Source: Streptosporangiaceae bacterium (GTDB lineage: Bacteria > Actinomycetota > Actinomycetes > Streptosporangiales > Streptosporangiaceae). From it: a stretch of 64,000 nucleotides of DNA. The notes beneath the pieces are model-generated. The model searched no databases. It was not told where the DNA came from and saw only the letters and a list, made by a program, of their open reading frames with translations. A program made the translations under genes and the position numbers. Shown piece by piece: positions 16,516 to 24,644 of the stretch. Every line of letters begins with the position of its first letter. Within the stretch, counting starts at the first letter, position 1. The stretch spans positions 5,443 to 69,442 of the forward strand of contig DATAVV010000383.1 of assembly GCA_036267555.1 (NCBI GenBank), read 5' to 3'.

Positions 16516-18709
16516 GCTGCCGAGATGCGCTGTTCGTGCGCTTAAGGCGAGCTGACACGCCATTGCCGTACCGGCCCGCGGGCTCGAGTCCCGCCGCGTA
16601 CTCGCGGATCAGGTCGTGAAACGCGAACCGGCCGGGCACGTGCTCGGTCAGAAGGTGAACGTGGCTGAGCTCACGCAGCAGGTCATGGGCGACGGGGAGG
16701 GGAACGCCGGCCAGGCGGGCCGCCACGGGCACGGTGACGTCGCGGCCCGGGTACCTGCCGAGCAGTCGGAACAGCCGTGCGCCCGGTTCGGTCAGCGCCT
16801 CGTAAGACCAGGAGAAGACCGTTCTCAGGTCGGTCGCGGGGTCCCCGCCGGCCAGGATGTCGAGCCGGCCGGCGCCGCGCCGCAGCTTGTCGGTGAGGAA
16901 GGCCAGCGGGAACGTGCGCTGCGCCGAGGCCAGGGTGGCGGCGATGCTGAGGGCCAGGGGAAGCCGGCCGCACGTCTCGACCAGCCGGGCCGCCGCGTCG
17001 GGCTCGTCGCTCAGGCGCCCCCGGCCCAGGCGGGACGCGAGCAGCTGGCGAGCGGCCTGCCGGCTGAGTACATCCAGTATGAGCAGCTGGGCGCGGTGCA
17101 CGGCGGCGAGCCCGGCGAGCTGGCTGCGGCTGGTGACGATGACCAGGCTGCCAGGGCCGCCCGGCAGCAGCGGCCGAACCTCCTCGACGTCACGGGCATT
17201 GTCCGCGAGCACCAGCATTCGCCGGTCGGCCAGTAACGTCCGGTACAAGGCGGCTCGTTCCTTCTGATGCGCCGGGATGTGCTCGGCGGGCATCCCCAGC
17301 GCCTCGAGGAAGCCGTGTAGCGCCTCCGTTGCACGGACCCGCGCGCCCCGGGGGCCGAAGCCGCCGAGATCGACGTACAGTTGTCCGTCCGGGAAGCAAG
17401 AAGCGGCCTGATGGGCCCATTGGATGGCCAGGGTGGTCTTGCCGACCCCGGCGGCGCCCACGATCGCCGTGATCACCGCCGACCCCCGCGCGGCGGCCGA
17501 GCCCTCCGCCATCCGGCTGAGGTGCGCGGACATCTGCTTCAGCTCATCCGCCCGGCCGACGGTCGGCCACAGCGCGGCCGGGAGCTGGCGCGGCATCGGC
17601 ATCCTGGCCACCGCGGCTGCCGGGTCGGGCAGGCGGTCCGGGGGTTCGCCGCCGAGGACGGCGCCGGTGGTGAGGCGGGCATCCTGACGCAGTATCAGCG
17701 CATGCGCCTGCGCCAGTTCGGCGCCGGGCAGCACACCGAACTCATGGTCCAGCCGCCTTCGGATCTCCTCGTAGATCTGCAGGGCGGCCGCTGCCTCGCC
17801 GCTGCCCGCCAGCGCGGTCATCAGCCTCGCGTGCGCGGGTTCGTGGAACGGGTGCACCGCCGTGGCCGCCCACAACTCGTCCAGCGCGCGCTCGGGATGG
17901 CCGTGCTGCCGGCAGGTATCGGCGTAAGCGAGGACGGTCCCGACGCGCTCCCGGGCCAGGCCGTACGTGGCCTTATGGCCGCGCAGCACATCAAGGTCGG
18001 CCAGCGGCTCGGCCTTCCAGGCCCGCAGCGCGCGCGTGAACAGGTCACTGGCGATCGCCGCGTCGCCCGCCCGCAGCGCGGCCCGGGCCTGCCGGACCAG
18101 GTCCCGGAAGCCGAGCAGGTCCAACTGGTCCGCGGTGACCTGGAGTCGGTAGCTGGTCCTCGCGGATACCAGTAGCCCGTCCTGGTCTTGCGGGGACCGG
18201 GCCGGGTCGAGGGCCGCGCGTAGCCGGCTCACATAGACCTGCACCAGGTTGACGGCGGTCGCCGGCGGCTGCTCCCACAGCGCGTCGATGATGGTCTCTC
18301 TGTGCACTACGGCGTTGGACTCGATGGCGAGGATGGCGAGGACCGCACGCTGCCGGGGCGGCCCGAGCAGGACCGGCCTGCCGTCACGCCATGCGGCCAG
18401 CGGGCCGAGCAGGCGCAGCCGCACTCCGGTGCCCGGCGCGGACTCGGCGTCGGCGCTGGCCACCGGCACGTGGGATTCCTCGGCGGCCAGGGCGAGGGCT
18501 CGCCGCTGTGATGAGTCCAGGAGGAGAGCGTGGCTGAGCTGGGCCAGTGAGCTAGGGCGTGGCCGTGACCTGCGACCTTGCTCCAGGTCTCTGATCGCTG
18601 CGACGCTGAGCCCGCTTCGCTGCGCCAGCGCTGACTGGGAGAGCTCAGCGGATTGCCGCAGTGAACGCAGCATGACGCTGAACTGCCTGGTAGATCTGTT
18701 GTTGCCCAT
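16454..18709 (-). CDS. XRE-HTH / SARP (wHTH+BTAD) / NB-ARC fusion transcriptional regulator
   Basis: The XRE helix-turn-helix is LSQSALAQRSGLSVAAIRDLEQGRR. The SARP wHTH shows LRLLGPLAAWRDGRPV and RQRAVLAILA. A BTAD-like helical region is present. The P-loop is GAAGVGKTTLA. Confidence 0.85.
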   Translation of the reverse strand: MGNNRSTRQFSVMLRSLRQSAELSQSALAQRSGLSVAAIRDLEQGRRSRPRPSSLAQLSHALLLDSSQRRALALAAEESHVPVASADAESAPGTGVRLRLLGPLAAWRDGRPVLLGPPRQRAVLAILAIESNAVVHRETIIDALWEQPPATAVNLVQVYVSRLRAALDPARSPQDQDGLLVSARTSYRLQVTADQLDLLGFRDLVRQARAALRAGDAAIASDLFTRALRAWKAEPLADLDVLRGHKATYGLARERVGTVLAYADTCRQHGHPERALDELWAATAVHPFHEPAHARLMTALAGSGEAAAALQIYEEIRRRLDHEFGVLPGAELAQAHALILRQDARLTTGAVLGGEPPDRLPDPAAAVARMPMPRQLPAALWPTVGRADELKQMSAHLSRMAEGSAAARGSAVITAIVGAAGVGKTTLAIQWAHQAASCFPDGQLYVDLGGFGPRGARVRATEALHGFLEALGMPAEHIPAHQKERAALYRTLLADRRMLVLADNARDVEEVRPLLPGGPGSLVIVTSRSQLAGLAAVHRAQLLILDVLSRQAARQLLASRLGRGRLSDEPDAAARLVETCGRLPLALSIAATLASAQRTFPLAFLTDKLRRGAGRLDILAGGDPATDLRTVFSWSYEALTEPGARLFRLLGRYPGRDVTVPVAARLAGVPLPVAHDLLRELSHVHLLTEHVPGRFAFHDLIREYAAGLEPAGRYGNGVSARLKRTNSASRQHASHGTECTGSPRAEPSAQA

Positions 18710-18981
18710 GAGGTCCGATCGCGGCTCTCTCCATCGGCGCCGGGACTATCGCGTCACAAGATCATGCTTGCACCGGGCGCTGCGGACCGGCTGTGCGCCC
18801 GCTACGGCCGATGGTCCGTGCGGTACCTGGTGAGGTCAGAGGTCACGAGGAGTCGGCTGAGCCCGCGCTGTGGTCGATGAGCAGGCGCTATGCCGCGTTA
18901 AGTCAAATCACAGTCAGACCACAGTGCGGGCCGCGATCCTGGTCCGGATACATAGCCGTCGGCTCATACAAGGGTGATTGC

Positions 18982-19137
18982 ATGAAATCCAAGGTTGTAC
19001 GGATCTTCGCGGCGCTCTCTGCCGCCGCGATACTGAGCTGGACCGGTGTGGCGGCCAGCAACGCCTCAGTGGCTGGCGTGCAGAACCCGGGAGTCTCGCC
19101 GCATTGCAGCGTGTGCTGGACCGCGCCTAACAGCTGA
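18982..19137 (+). CDS. Small predicted secreted peptide (51 aa) with C-terminal CxxC-W motif
   Basis: An AGGGTGA RBS lies 5 nt before ATG. MKSKVVRIFAALSAAAILSWTGVAASNA looks like a Sec signal peptide. The tail is SVAGVQNPGVSPHCSVCWTAPNS. The flank is locally lower in GC. A perfect 14-bp hairpin follows 13 nt after the stop. Confidence 0.5.
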   Translation: MKSKVVRIFAALSAAAILSWTGVAASNASVAGVQNPGVSPHCSVCWTAPNS

Positions 19138-19149
19138 GCGCGGGCATGT

Positions 19150-19182
19150 GCCCGTGGCCAGCCGCCCAGGCTGGCCACGGGC
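19150..19182. terminator. Bidirectional hairpin terminator between convergent genes
   Basis: GCCCGTGGCCAGCC-gccca-GGCTGGCCACGGGC forms a perfect 14-bp stem with a 5-nt loop. It lies between the stop at 19137 (+) and the stop at 19192 (-). Confidence 0.7.
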
Positions 19183-19191
19183 ATTGCGCTG

Positions 19192-22100
19192 TCAGAGGTG
19201 GTCGCCGAGCTTGTAGCCGCACTCTTCGAGGGCGCCGATGACGCGTTGCTCGTGCCCGGAGAGGCCAAGCTCGCGCAGGATCGGCAGGGCTGCCTTGAGG
19301 TGATCGGCGGCCTGACCGTAACGGCCGAGTGCCTGCTGGGCCAGCGCGATCTTGAACAGGCAGAGGGCGTTGCCTCGCTGCATCCCCCGGTCGCGGAAGA
19401 TCCGCTGCGCCCGGGATAGGGCTTCGATCGCATCGTCGTAGCGGCCCACCGCATGATAGGCATCGCCGAGCGGCCCGAGCGCATAGGCCTCGCCGACCGC
19501 GTAGCCGAGATCGCGGGCCATTTCTTCGCCCCGGCGGCACAGGCTGATGGCCGCCATATGCCGGGAGGCGCTCAGGTTCGCGAAGCCCAGGGTATGGAGG
19601 CACTCGAACTCCGCGTACGGCTCGTGCAGCTCACGCGCGATGGCCAGGGCGCACTCACAAGCCTGGATACCAGCTTCGTGATCACCGAGCCGGGTCGTGG
19701 TCACGCCGAGAATGCGCAGGCTCGACAGTTCGCTGTGGCGATCCCGGACGAGCCGAGCGACCTCAACGCCCTGCACGGCGTCTTTGCGTGCTTCCTGGAG
19801 AAGGTCTTGTTCCTCCGCGCAGTAAGCCCGCCAGTGCAGGGCGAGAGCCAGCGCGCGCTGATCCTCCAGTTGCTCAAAGACGTGGACGCACCGCTGCAGT
19901 ACCGCGAGTGCCTCGGCGTTCTTGCCGCGTTCGGCGGTGAACTGGACGAGTTGCAGTTCCGCGTGCGCGGTCGCCAGGAGATCATCCGCCGAGTCCGCGG
20001 CGGCGATGACCGACCTCCACAGCTGCTCAGCATCGTCAAGACGGGCCTGGAAGAACTGGAAGGCCGCCTGGCGTGCGGCGAGTTGCGCCGCCAGTTCGTG
20101 CCTGCTCGTCGTGCAGGCACGCCTGGTCGCCTCCATGAGGTTAAGCCGTTCCACGTTGAACCAGGTGATCGGATCGGCCGTCAGCCGGCTGACCAGCGCG
20201 CCGGCCACGACACTCTCGTCACGGGAAGCAGCCCGGCGGGGAATCGCCGGGACCCGGGGCAGCCGGAGGTCCGCTGCGGCGGCGACCTCAAGCCAGCCCC
20301 TCAGCACGCGCACGAGGGCGGCGTCGCGTTCTGGCTCCGGTTCGTCGGCCAGCCGCTCGGACGCGTAATCGCGCAGTAGATCGTGCAGCCGGTACCGGGG
20401 CTCGCCGGTGGCGTCGGTCCCCACCGGCATCAGCAGGGACTTGTCCACGAGCTGGTTCACGACGTCGGCAGCATCCCGCTCGCCGAGCAGGGCGGCGATC
20501 ACCCATTCGGCGACGTCGGCCGGCCACAGCAGGCCAATCCGCCGGAATGCCCGGCGCGCCCGCTCCTCCAGCATCTCGTAGCTAGGCATGACGCTGGCCC
20601 GGAACGCCAGGTCGTCCAGGGTTAGCTCGTCCAGCCGCCGCCGCTGGTCGGCGACCGCGTCGGCGATCCGCATGACGGGCCACGCCGGCCGCGTGGCGAG
20701 CTTGGCTCCGGCGATCCGGACGGCCAGGGGCAGCCGCCCGCACGCGGCCACCAGCATGTCACTGGCCGCGGTCTCGGCTGCCACCCGCTCGTGGCCAACG
20801 ATGCGACTCAGCATCGCCACCGCGTCGGAATGCGGCAGCGCATCGAGATGCCGCAGGTGCGCTCCGGCCATCCCGCCCAGCCGGGACCGGCTGGTCACGA
20901 TGACGGCACAGCCCGCGGTGCCGGGCAGCAGCGGCCGTACCTGATCCACGGAGCGGGCATCGTCCGCCATCACCAGGATCTTCTGGCCCGCCATCTGTGA
21001 CCGCAGCAGCGCGGCCCGTTCCGTAGCCGAGTCCGGGATGGCGGATCCGTGGAGTCCGAGAGCCCGCAGCAGCTCGCCCAGGACCTCGGCCGGGTCGCGA
21101 GGAAGCTGGGTGGACCCGGCCAGCTCGACATGCATCTGCCCGTCTGGGAACACGTGCCGGAGCAGGTGCGCCACCTGCAGGGCCAGTGCCGTCTTGCCCA
21201 CCCCAGGCGGCCCGCTGATGACCGCCATGGGCACCCCGACGGAGTCCGGGGTGGGCGTCAGCAGGCTCGTCAGGCTGCCGACCTCCACCGCACGGCCGGT
21301 GAAGTCGGGCAGGGCGGGCGGTAGCTGGCAGACGGGTGCACGCCCGTTGCCGGGCAGCCGGACGCCCTTGACCCGGGCTGGTCCCGAAGCGGATAGGGCG
21401 CTGTCGGCCGCACCGTCTGCCGCCTGCGGGAGATCCTGGCGCAGCACGCGGTCATGGGCCTCAGCCAGTTCGGCACCCGGGTAGACACCGAGCTGGTCAT
21501 CCAGGCGGCGGCGCAGTAGATCGAATGCCTGCAGGGCCGCGGCCTGCTGCCCGATTCCCGCCAAGGCGATCATCAGGTGAGCGTGCGCCTTCTCGTTCAG
21601 CGGCTCGCGCGCGGCGAGCGACTGCAAGTGTGACACCACGCTGTCATGCCGGTGGGCACTGAATGAGGCCTCGGCGTAATCGATGATCAGAGCCGTCTGC
21701 TGACTGGTGAGCCCGGTTACGGCCGGGTGATCGCGTAGCAGGTCCAGCTCGGCCAGGGGGCTCCCGCGCCACAACCCAAGTGCCTTCTCGTACAGCCCGC
21801 AGGCGGCGTCCAGGTCGCCGCGGGCATTCGCTTCGCGGGCGTGCTCGGCCAGTTCGTGGTAGGCCAGCAGGTCGAGCTGTTCCGGGGTCGCGCGCAACAA
21901 GTAGCTGGGGCCGAGCGATTCAAGCGGGGACGCGGAATCTCGCGCGGGCCGGGCCGGATCGAGGATTCTGCGCAACTTGCTGACATGGGCTTGCACCTGG
22001 TTCACCGCCGTGGCAGGCGGGGTATCGCCCCACAGCGCATCAATGATCGCTTCGCGATGCAAGGCGGCGTTCGGGTGCAGGGCGAGAAGACCGAACACCG

Positions 22101-22236
22101 CGCGCCGCATGCCCGCGCCTAGGGCGAACTCAACCCCGCAGCGGGACACGGCCAGAGAACCAAGCACGCTCACCCGCACGCTGTCAGCGGCCGCCCGGGC
22201 ACCGCCTATCCGTGCTGTTGGTTCGATGAACGTCAC
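19192..22236 (-). CDS. AfsR-like SARP / NB-ARC / TPR transcriptional regulator
   Basis: The SARP wHTH shows VSVLGSLAVSRCGVEF and RRAVFGLLAL. A BTAD region is present. The P-loop is GPPGVGKTALA. The C-terminal ~400 aa consists of TPR-like repeats. The start is taken as GTG 22236 (alternative GTG 22179). The ORF-track extension to 22662 runs through low-GC, intergenic-looking DNA. Confidence 0.85.
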   Translation of the reverse strand: MTFIEPTARIGGARAAADSVRVSVLGSLAVSRCGVEFALGAGMRRAVFGLLALHPNAALHREAIIDALWGDTPPATAVNQVQAHVSKLRRILDPARPARDSASPLESLGPSYLLRATPEQLDLLAYHELAEHAREANARGDLDAACGLYEKALGLWRGSPLAELDLLRDHPAVTGLTSQQTALIIDYAEASFSAHRHDSVVSHLQSLAAREPLNEKAHAHLMIALAGIGQQAAALQAFDLLRRRLDDQLGVYPGAELAEAHDRVLRQDLPQAADGAADSALSASGPARVKGVRLPGNGRAPVCQLPPALPDFTGRAVEVGSLTSLLTPTPDSVGVPMAVISGPPGVGKTALALQVAHLLRHVFPDGQMHVELAGSTQLPRDPAEVLGELLRALGLHGSAIPDSATERAALLRSQMAGQKILVMADDARSVDQVRPLLPGTAGCAVIVTSRSRLGGMAGAHLRHLDALPHSDAVAMLSRIVGHERVAAETAASDMLVAACGRLPLAVRIAGAKLATRPAWPVMRIADAVADQRRRLDELTLDDLAFRASVMPSYEMLEERARRAFRRIGLLWPADVAEWVIAALLGERDAADVVNQLVDKSLLMPVGTDATGEPRYRLHDLLRDYASERLADEPEPERDAALVRVLRGWLEVAAAADLRLPRVPAIPRRAASRDESVVAGALVSRLTADPITWFNVERLNLMEATRRACTTSRHELAAQLAARQAAFQFFQARLDDAEQLWRSVIAAADSADDLLATAHAELQLVQFTAERGKNAEALAVLQRCVHVFEQLEDQRALALALHWRAYCAEEQDLLQEARKDAVQGVEVARLVRDRHSELSSLRILGVTTTRLGDHEAGIQACECALAIARELHEPYAEFECLHTLGFANLSASRHMAAISLCRRGEEMARDLGYAVGEAYALGPLGDAYHAVGRYDDAIEALSRAQRIFRDRGMQRGNALCLFKIALAQQALGRYGQAADHLKAALPILRELGLSGHEQRVIGALEECGYKLGDHL

Positions 22237-22500
22237 CCCATATACCCCCCAGTCGGGATCAGTCTCCCCATACAGTAAAAACTGACCAACTCGGTCATGG
22301 CCGATGCTACGCGCATAAGTAGCCAGGCCACGCGTCAGATACCCGATCAATCCGATGAATCGCTGCCGGTCTGGGCGCCGTGACCGCCCCGGCCTCGTTG
22401 ACCGCCGGGGCCCGCTAACGCCGGCGATGTAAATGGATGCTGGCCGGACCGCGGCGCGGCTGGTTACCGTGGGCTGTGCCTGCCGATCCCGCGTCCTGGC

Positions 22501-22713
22501 CAGCCTGCCCGACGGGAACGAGCCCGCGGAGTCGGCCGGAGCCTGGACGCGCTCGACTGGTACGTCGTATTGGCCTGCTTTAAGCTCGGGATCATCCTGG
22601 AGAGTTCCAACGCGCGCGCCTGCGCCGGGCTGACCGACCGCGCGATCGGTGACCGGCTGCACGCCATGTCGCTCGCGCTGTTCGCCCGCGCGCGCCGTCT
22701 CGCCCGGGTGTGA
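22501..22713 (+). pseudogene. 3'-terminal remnant of a phosphotransferase (APH-fold, FadE36-like) gene
   Basis: The frame ending at TGA 22711-22713 reads ..LDALDWYVVLACFKLGIILESSNARACAGLTDRAIGDRLHAMSLALFARARRLARV. This matches the C-terminal WY..LA.FKL..I.EG signature of that family (from memory). No start codon is present and the N-terminal ~280 aa are absent. Confidence 0.45.
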
Positions 22714-22763
22714 GCCGCCCGCCCGCCTGCCGCGTTAAACCGTTGGCCCGAGAAGGGGTGCCG

Positions 22764-23531
22764 ATGACCGACCCGCTGTTCGACCTGTCCGGCCGCGTCG
22801 CGCTCGTGACCGGCGGCAGCCGCGGCCTGGGCCGGGAGATCGCATTCGGCTTCGCCGCGCACGGCGCCCGCGTGATCGTGGCCAGCCGCAAGCAGGAGGC
22901 GTGTGAGCAGGCCGCGGCCGAGATCCGGGCCCGGCACGGCGTCGACGCGTGGGCGATCAGCGCCAACGTCTCGCACTGGGACCAGTGCGACGCGCTGGTA
23001 GATCGTGCCTACGAGCAGGCCGGCCGGGTCGACGTGCTGGTCAACAACGCCGGGCTGTCGCCCGTGTACTCCTCGCTGACCGATGTCACCGAGGCGCTCT
23101 ACGACAAGGTGCTCGCGGTCAATCTCAAGGGGCCATTCCGGCTGGGCACGCTGGTCGGGGAGCGGATGGCCGCCGCCGGCTGCGGCACGATCATCAACAT
23201 CTCCTCGGTGGAGGCGGTGAGCCCTTCGCCCCGCGCGCTGCCCTACGCCGCGGCCAAGGCCGGCCTGGACGCGCTCACGATCGGCCTGGCCAGCGCGTAC
23301 GGCCCCGCGGTCCGGGTCAACACGATCATGGCCGGGCCGTTCCTCACCGACATCAGCAAGGCCTGGGACCTGGACGCGGTCGCCGAGAACCTGCGGCACA
23401 CGGCCGCCCTGGGCCGGGCCGGGCGTCCCGAGGAGATCGTGGGCGCGGCCCTGTACCTCGCGTCGCCGTCCGCCAGTTTCACGTCCGGCGCCACCATCCG
23501 GGTCGACGGCGGCCATGGCGTCGTGCGGTGA
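22764..23531 (+). CDS. SDR-family oxidoreductase
   Basis: A GAAGGGG RBS precedes the ATG. VALVTGGSRGLGREIA is the cofactor motif. NNAG and YAAAKAG are the catalytic motifs. Confidence 0.88.
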   Translation: MTDPLFDLSGRVALVTGGSRGLGREIAFGFAAHGARVIVASRKQEACEQAAAEIRARHGVDAWAISANVSHWDQCDALVDRAYEQAGRVDVLVNNAGLSPVYSSLTDVTEALYDKVLAVNLKGPFRLGTLVGERMAAAGCGTIINISSVEAVSPSPRALPYAAAKAGLDALTIGLASAYGPAVRVNTIMAGPFLTDISKAWDLDAVAENLRHTAALGRAGRPEEIVGAALYLASPSASFTSGATIRVDGGHGVVR

Positions 23532-23558
23532 AAGGTCTATTTCGGTGAAGGAGCGAGA

Positions 23559-24554
23559 GTGACCGAGCTTTACCCGGAAATCGAGCCGTACGCGCAGGGG
23601 ATGCTCGGCGTCGGGGACGGCAACCGCGTGCACTGGGAGTCGAGCGGCAACCCGGCGGGGAAGGCCGCGCTCGTCGTGCACGGCGGCCCGGGTTCGGGTT
23701 CCAATCCGCGGATGCGCCGGTACTTCGACCCCGCGCGGTACCGGATTGTCCAGTTCGACCAGCGCGGCTGCGGCGCCAGCACTCCGCACGCGAGCGACCC
23801 GGCCACCGACATGAGCCACAACACCACCGCGCACCTGATCGCGGACATGGAGCGGCTGCGCGAGCACCTCGGCATCGGCCAGTGGCTGGTGTACGGCGGC
23901 TCCTGGGGCTCCACGCTCACGCTGGCCTACGCCGAGCAGCACCCGGAACGGGTCACCCAGATCGTTCTCTTCGCGGTCACGATGACCCGGCGCAGCGAGA
24001 TCGACTGGCTCTACCGCGGCGCGGGCCGCTTCTTCCCGCGGGAGTGGGAACGGTTCTGGGCTGGGGCGGGCGGCATTCCCCGCCACGGCGACATCGTCGC
24101 CGCCTACGCCGGTTTGGTCGAGCACCCCGACGCCGCCGTCCGGGAGCGAGCGGTCGCCGACTGGTGCGCGTGGGAAGACGCGGTAGTGGCCGCGGAGGCT
24201 GCGCTTTCGGGGAAAACTGTGCTGTCGGGGGAGACCCAGGGCACCTCCAGCCCCTACGGCGGCCGCCCCCCGCTGGCCAAGGTGGCGTTCATGCGCATCT
24301 GCAGCCGCTACTTCGCCCACGGCGCCTGGCTCGAGGAAGGCGTGCTGCTGCGCGAGGCCCACGTGCTGGCCGGGATCCCCGGTGTGCTTATCCACGGCCG
24401 CCTCGACATGGGCGGCCCGCTGATCACCCCCTGGGAACTGTCCCGCGCCTGGCCCGGCGCCCAGTTGCTCGTCGCGGAAGACTCCGGCCACCTCGGCAGC
24501 CCCACCTCCCGCGACCACATCCTCCATGCCCTGAACCGGCTAGCCCTGCGCTAG
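23559..24554 (+). CDS. pip: Prolyl aminopeptidase (proline iminopeptidase), alpha/beta hydrolase
   Basis: GTG start with a GAAGGAG RBS. LYPEIEPYAQGMLGVGDGNRVHWESSGNPAGKAALVVHGGPGSG is the classic Pip N-terminus. GGSWGSTL is the nucleophile elbow. Confidence 0.9.
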   Translation: MTELYPEIEPYAQGMLGVGDGNRVHWESSGNPAGKAALVVHGGPGSGSNPRMRRYFDPARYRIVQFDQRGCGASTPHASDPATDMSHNTTAHLIADMERLREHLGIGQWLVYGGSWGSTLTLAYAEQHPERVTQIVLFAVTMTRRSEIDWLYRGAGRFFPREWERFWAGAGGIPRHGDIVAAYAGLVEHPDAAVRERAVADWCAWEDAVVAAEAALSGKTVLSGETQGTSSPYGGRPPLAKVAFMRICSRYFAHGAWLEEGVLLREAHVLAGIPGVLIHGRLDMGGPLITPWELSRAWPGAQLLVAEDSGHLGSPTSRDHILHALNRLALR

Positions 24555-24644
24555 CGCCCGGGCCAGGCATTTGCGCCTTTGCGTCACGTCAGGGATTACT
24601 TGTGCCTATCCTGGCGAACCTAGCTCGTTCTGCTGGGGGGATAG

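Noticed and set aside
5434-19137. Ordinary class I lanthipeptide cluster (LanB + precursor)
   Set aside because: No LanC cyclase and no SpaB_C elimination domain are present. The only small Cys/Ser-rich ORF is 11 kb away and has a Sec-type signal rather than a leader. The idea is kept only as a low-probability alternative.
22237-22662. N-terminal 142-codon extension of the AfsR-like ORF
   Set aside because: It runs through low-GC, intergenic-looking DNA. The SARP wHTH begins ~20 aa after GTG 22236, and the extension has no domain-like sequence.
22464-24527. 687-aa minus-strand ORF
   Set aside because: It is antisense to two motif-rich genes (SDR and prolyl aminopeptidase). Its R/G/A/P-dominated translation is typical of high-GC shadow ORFs.
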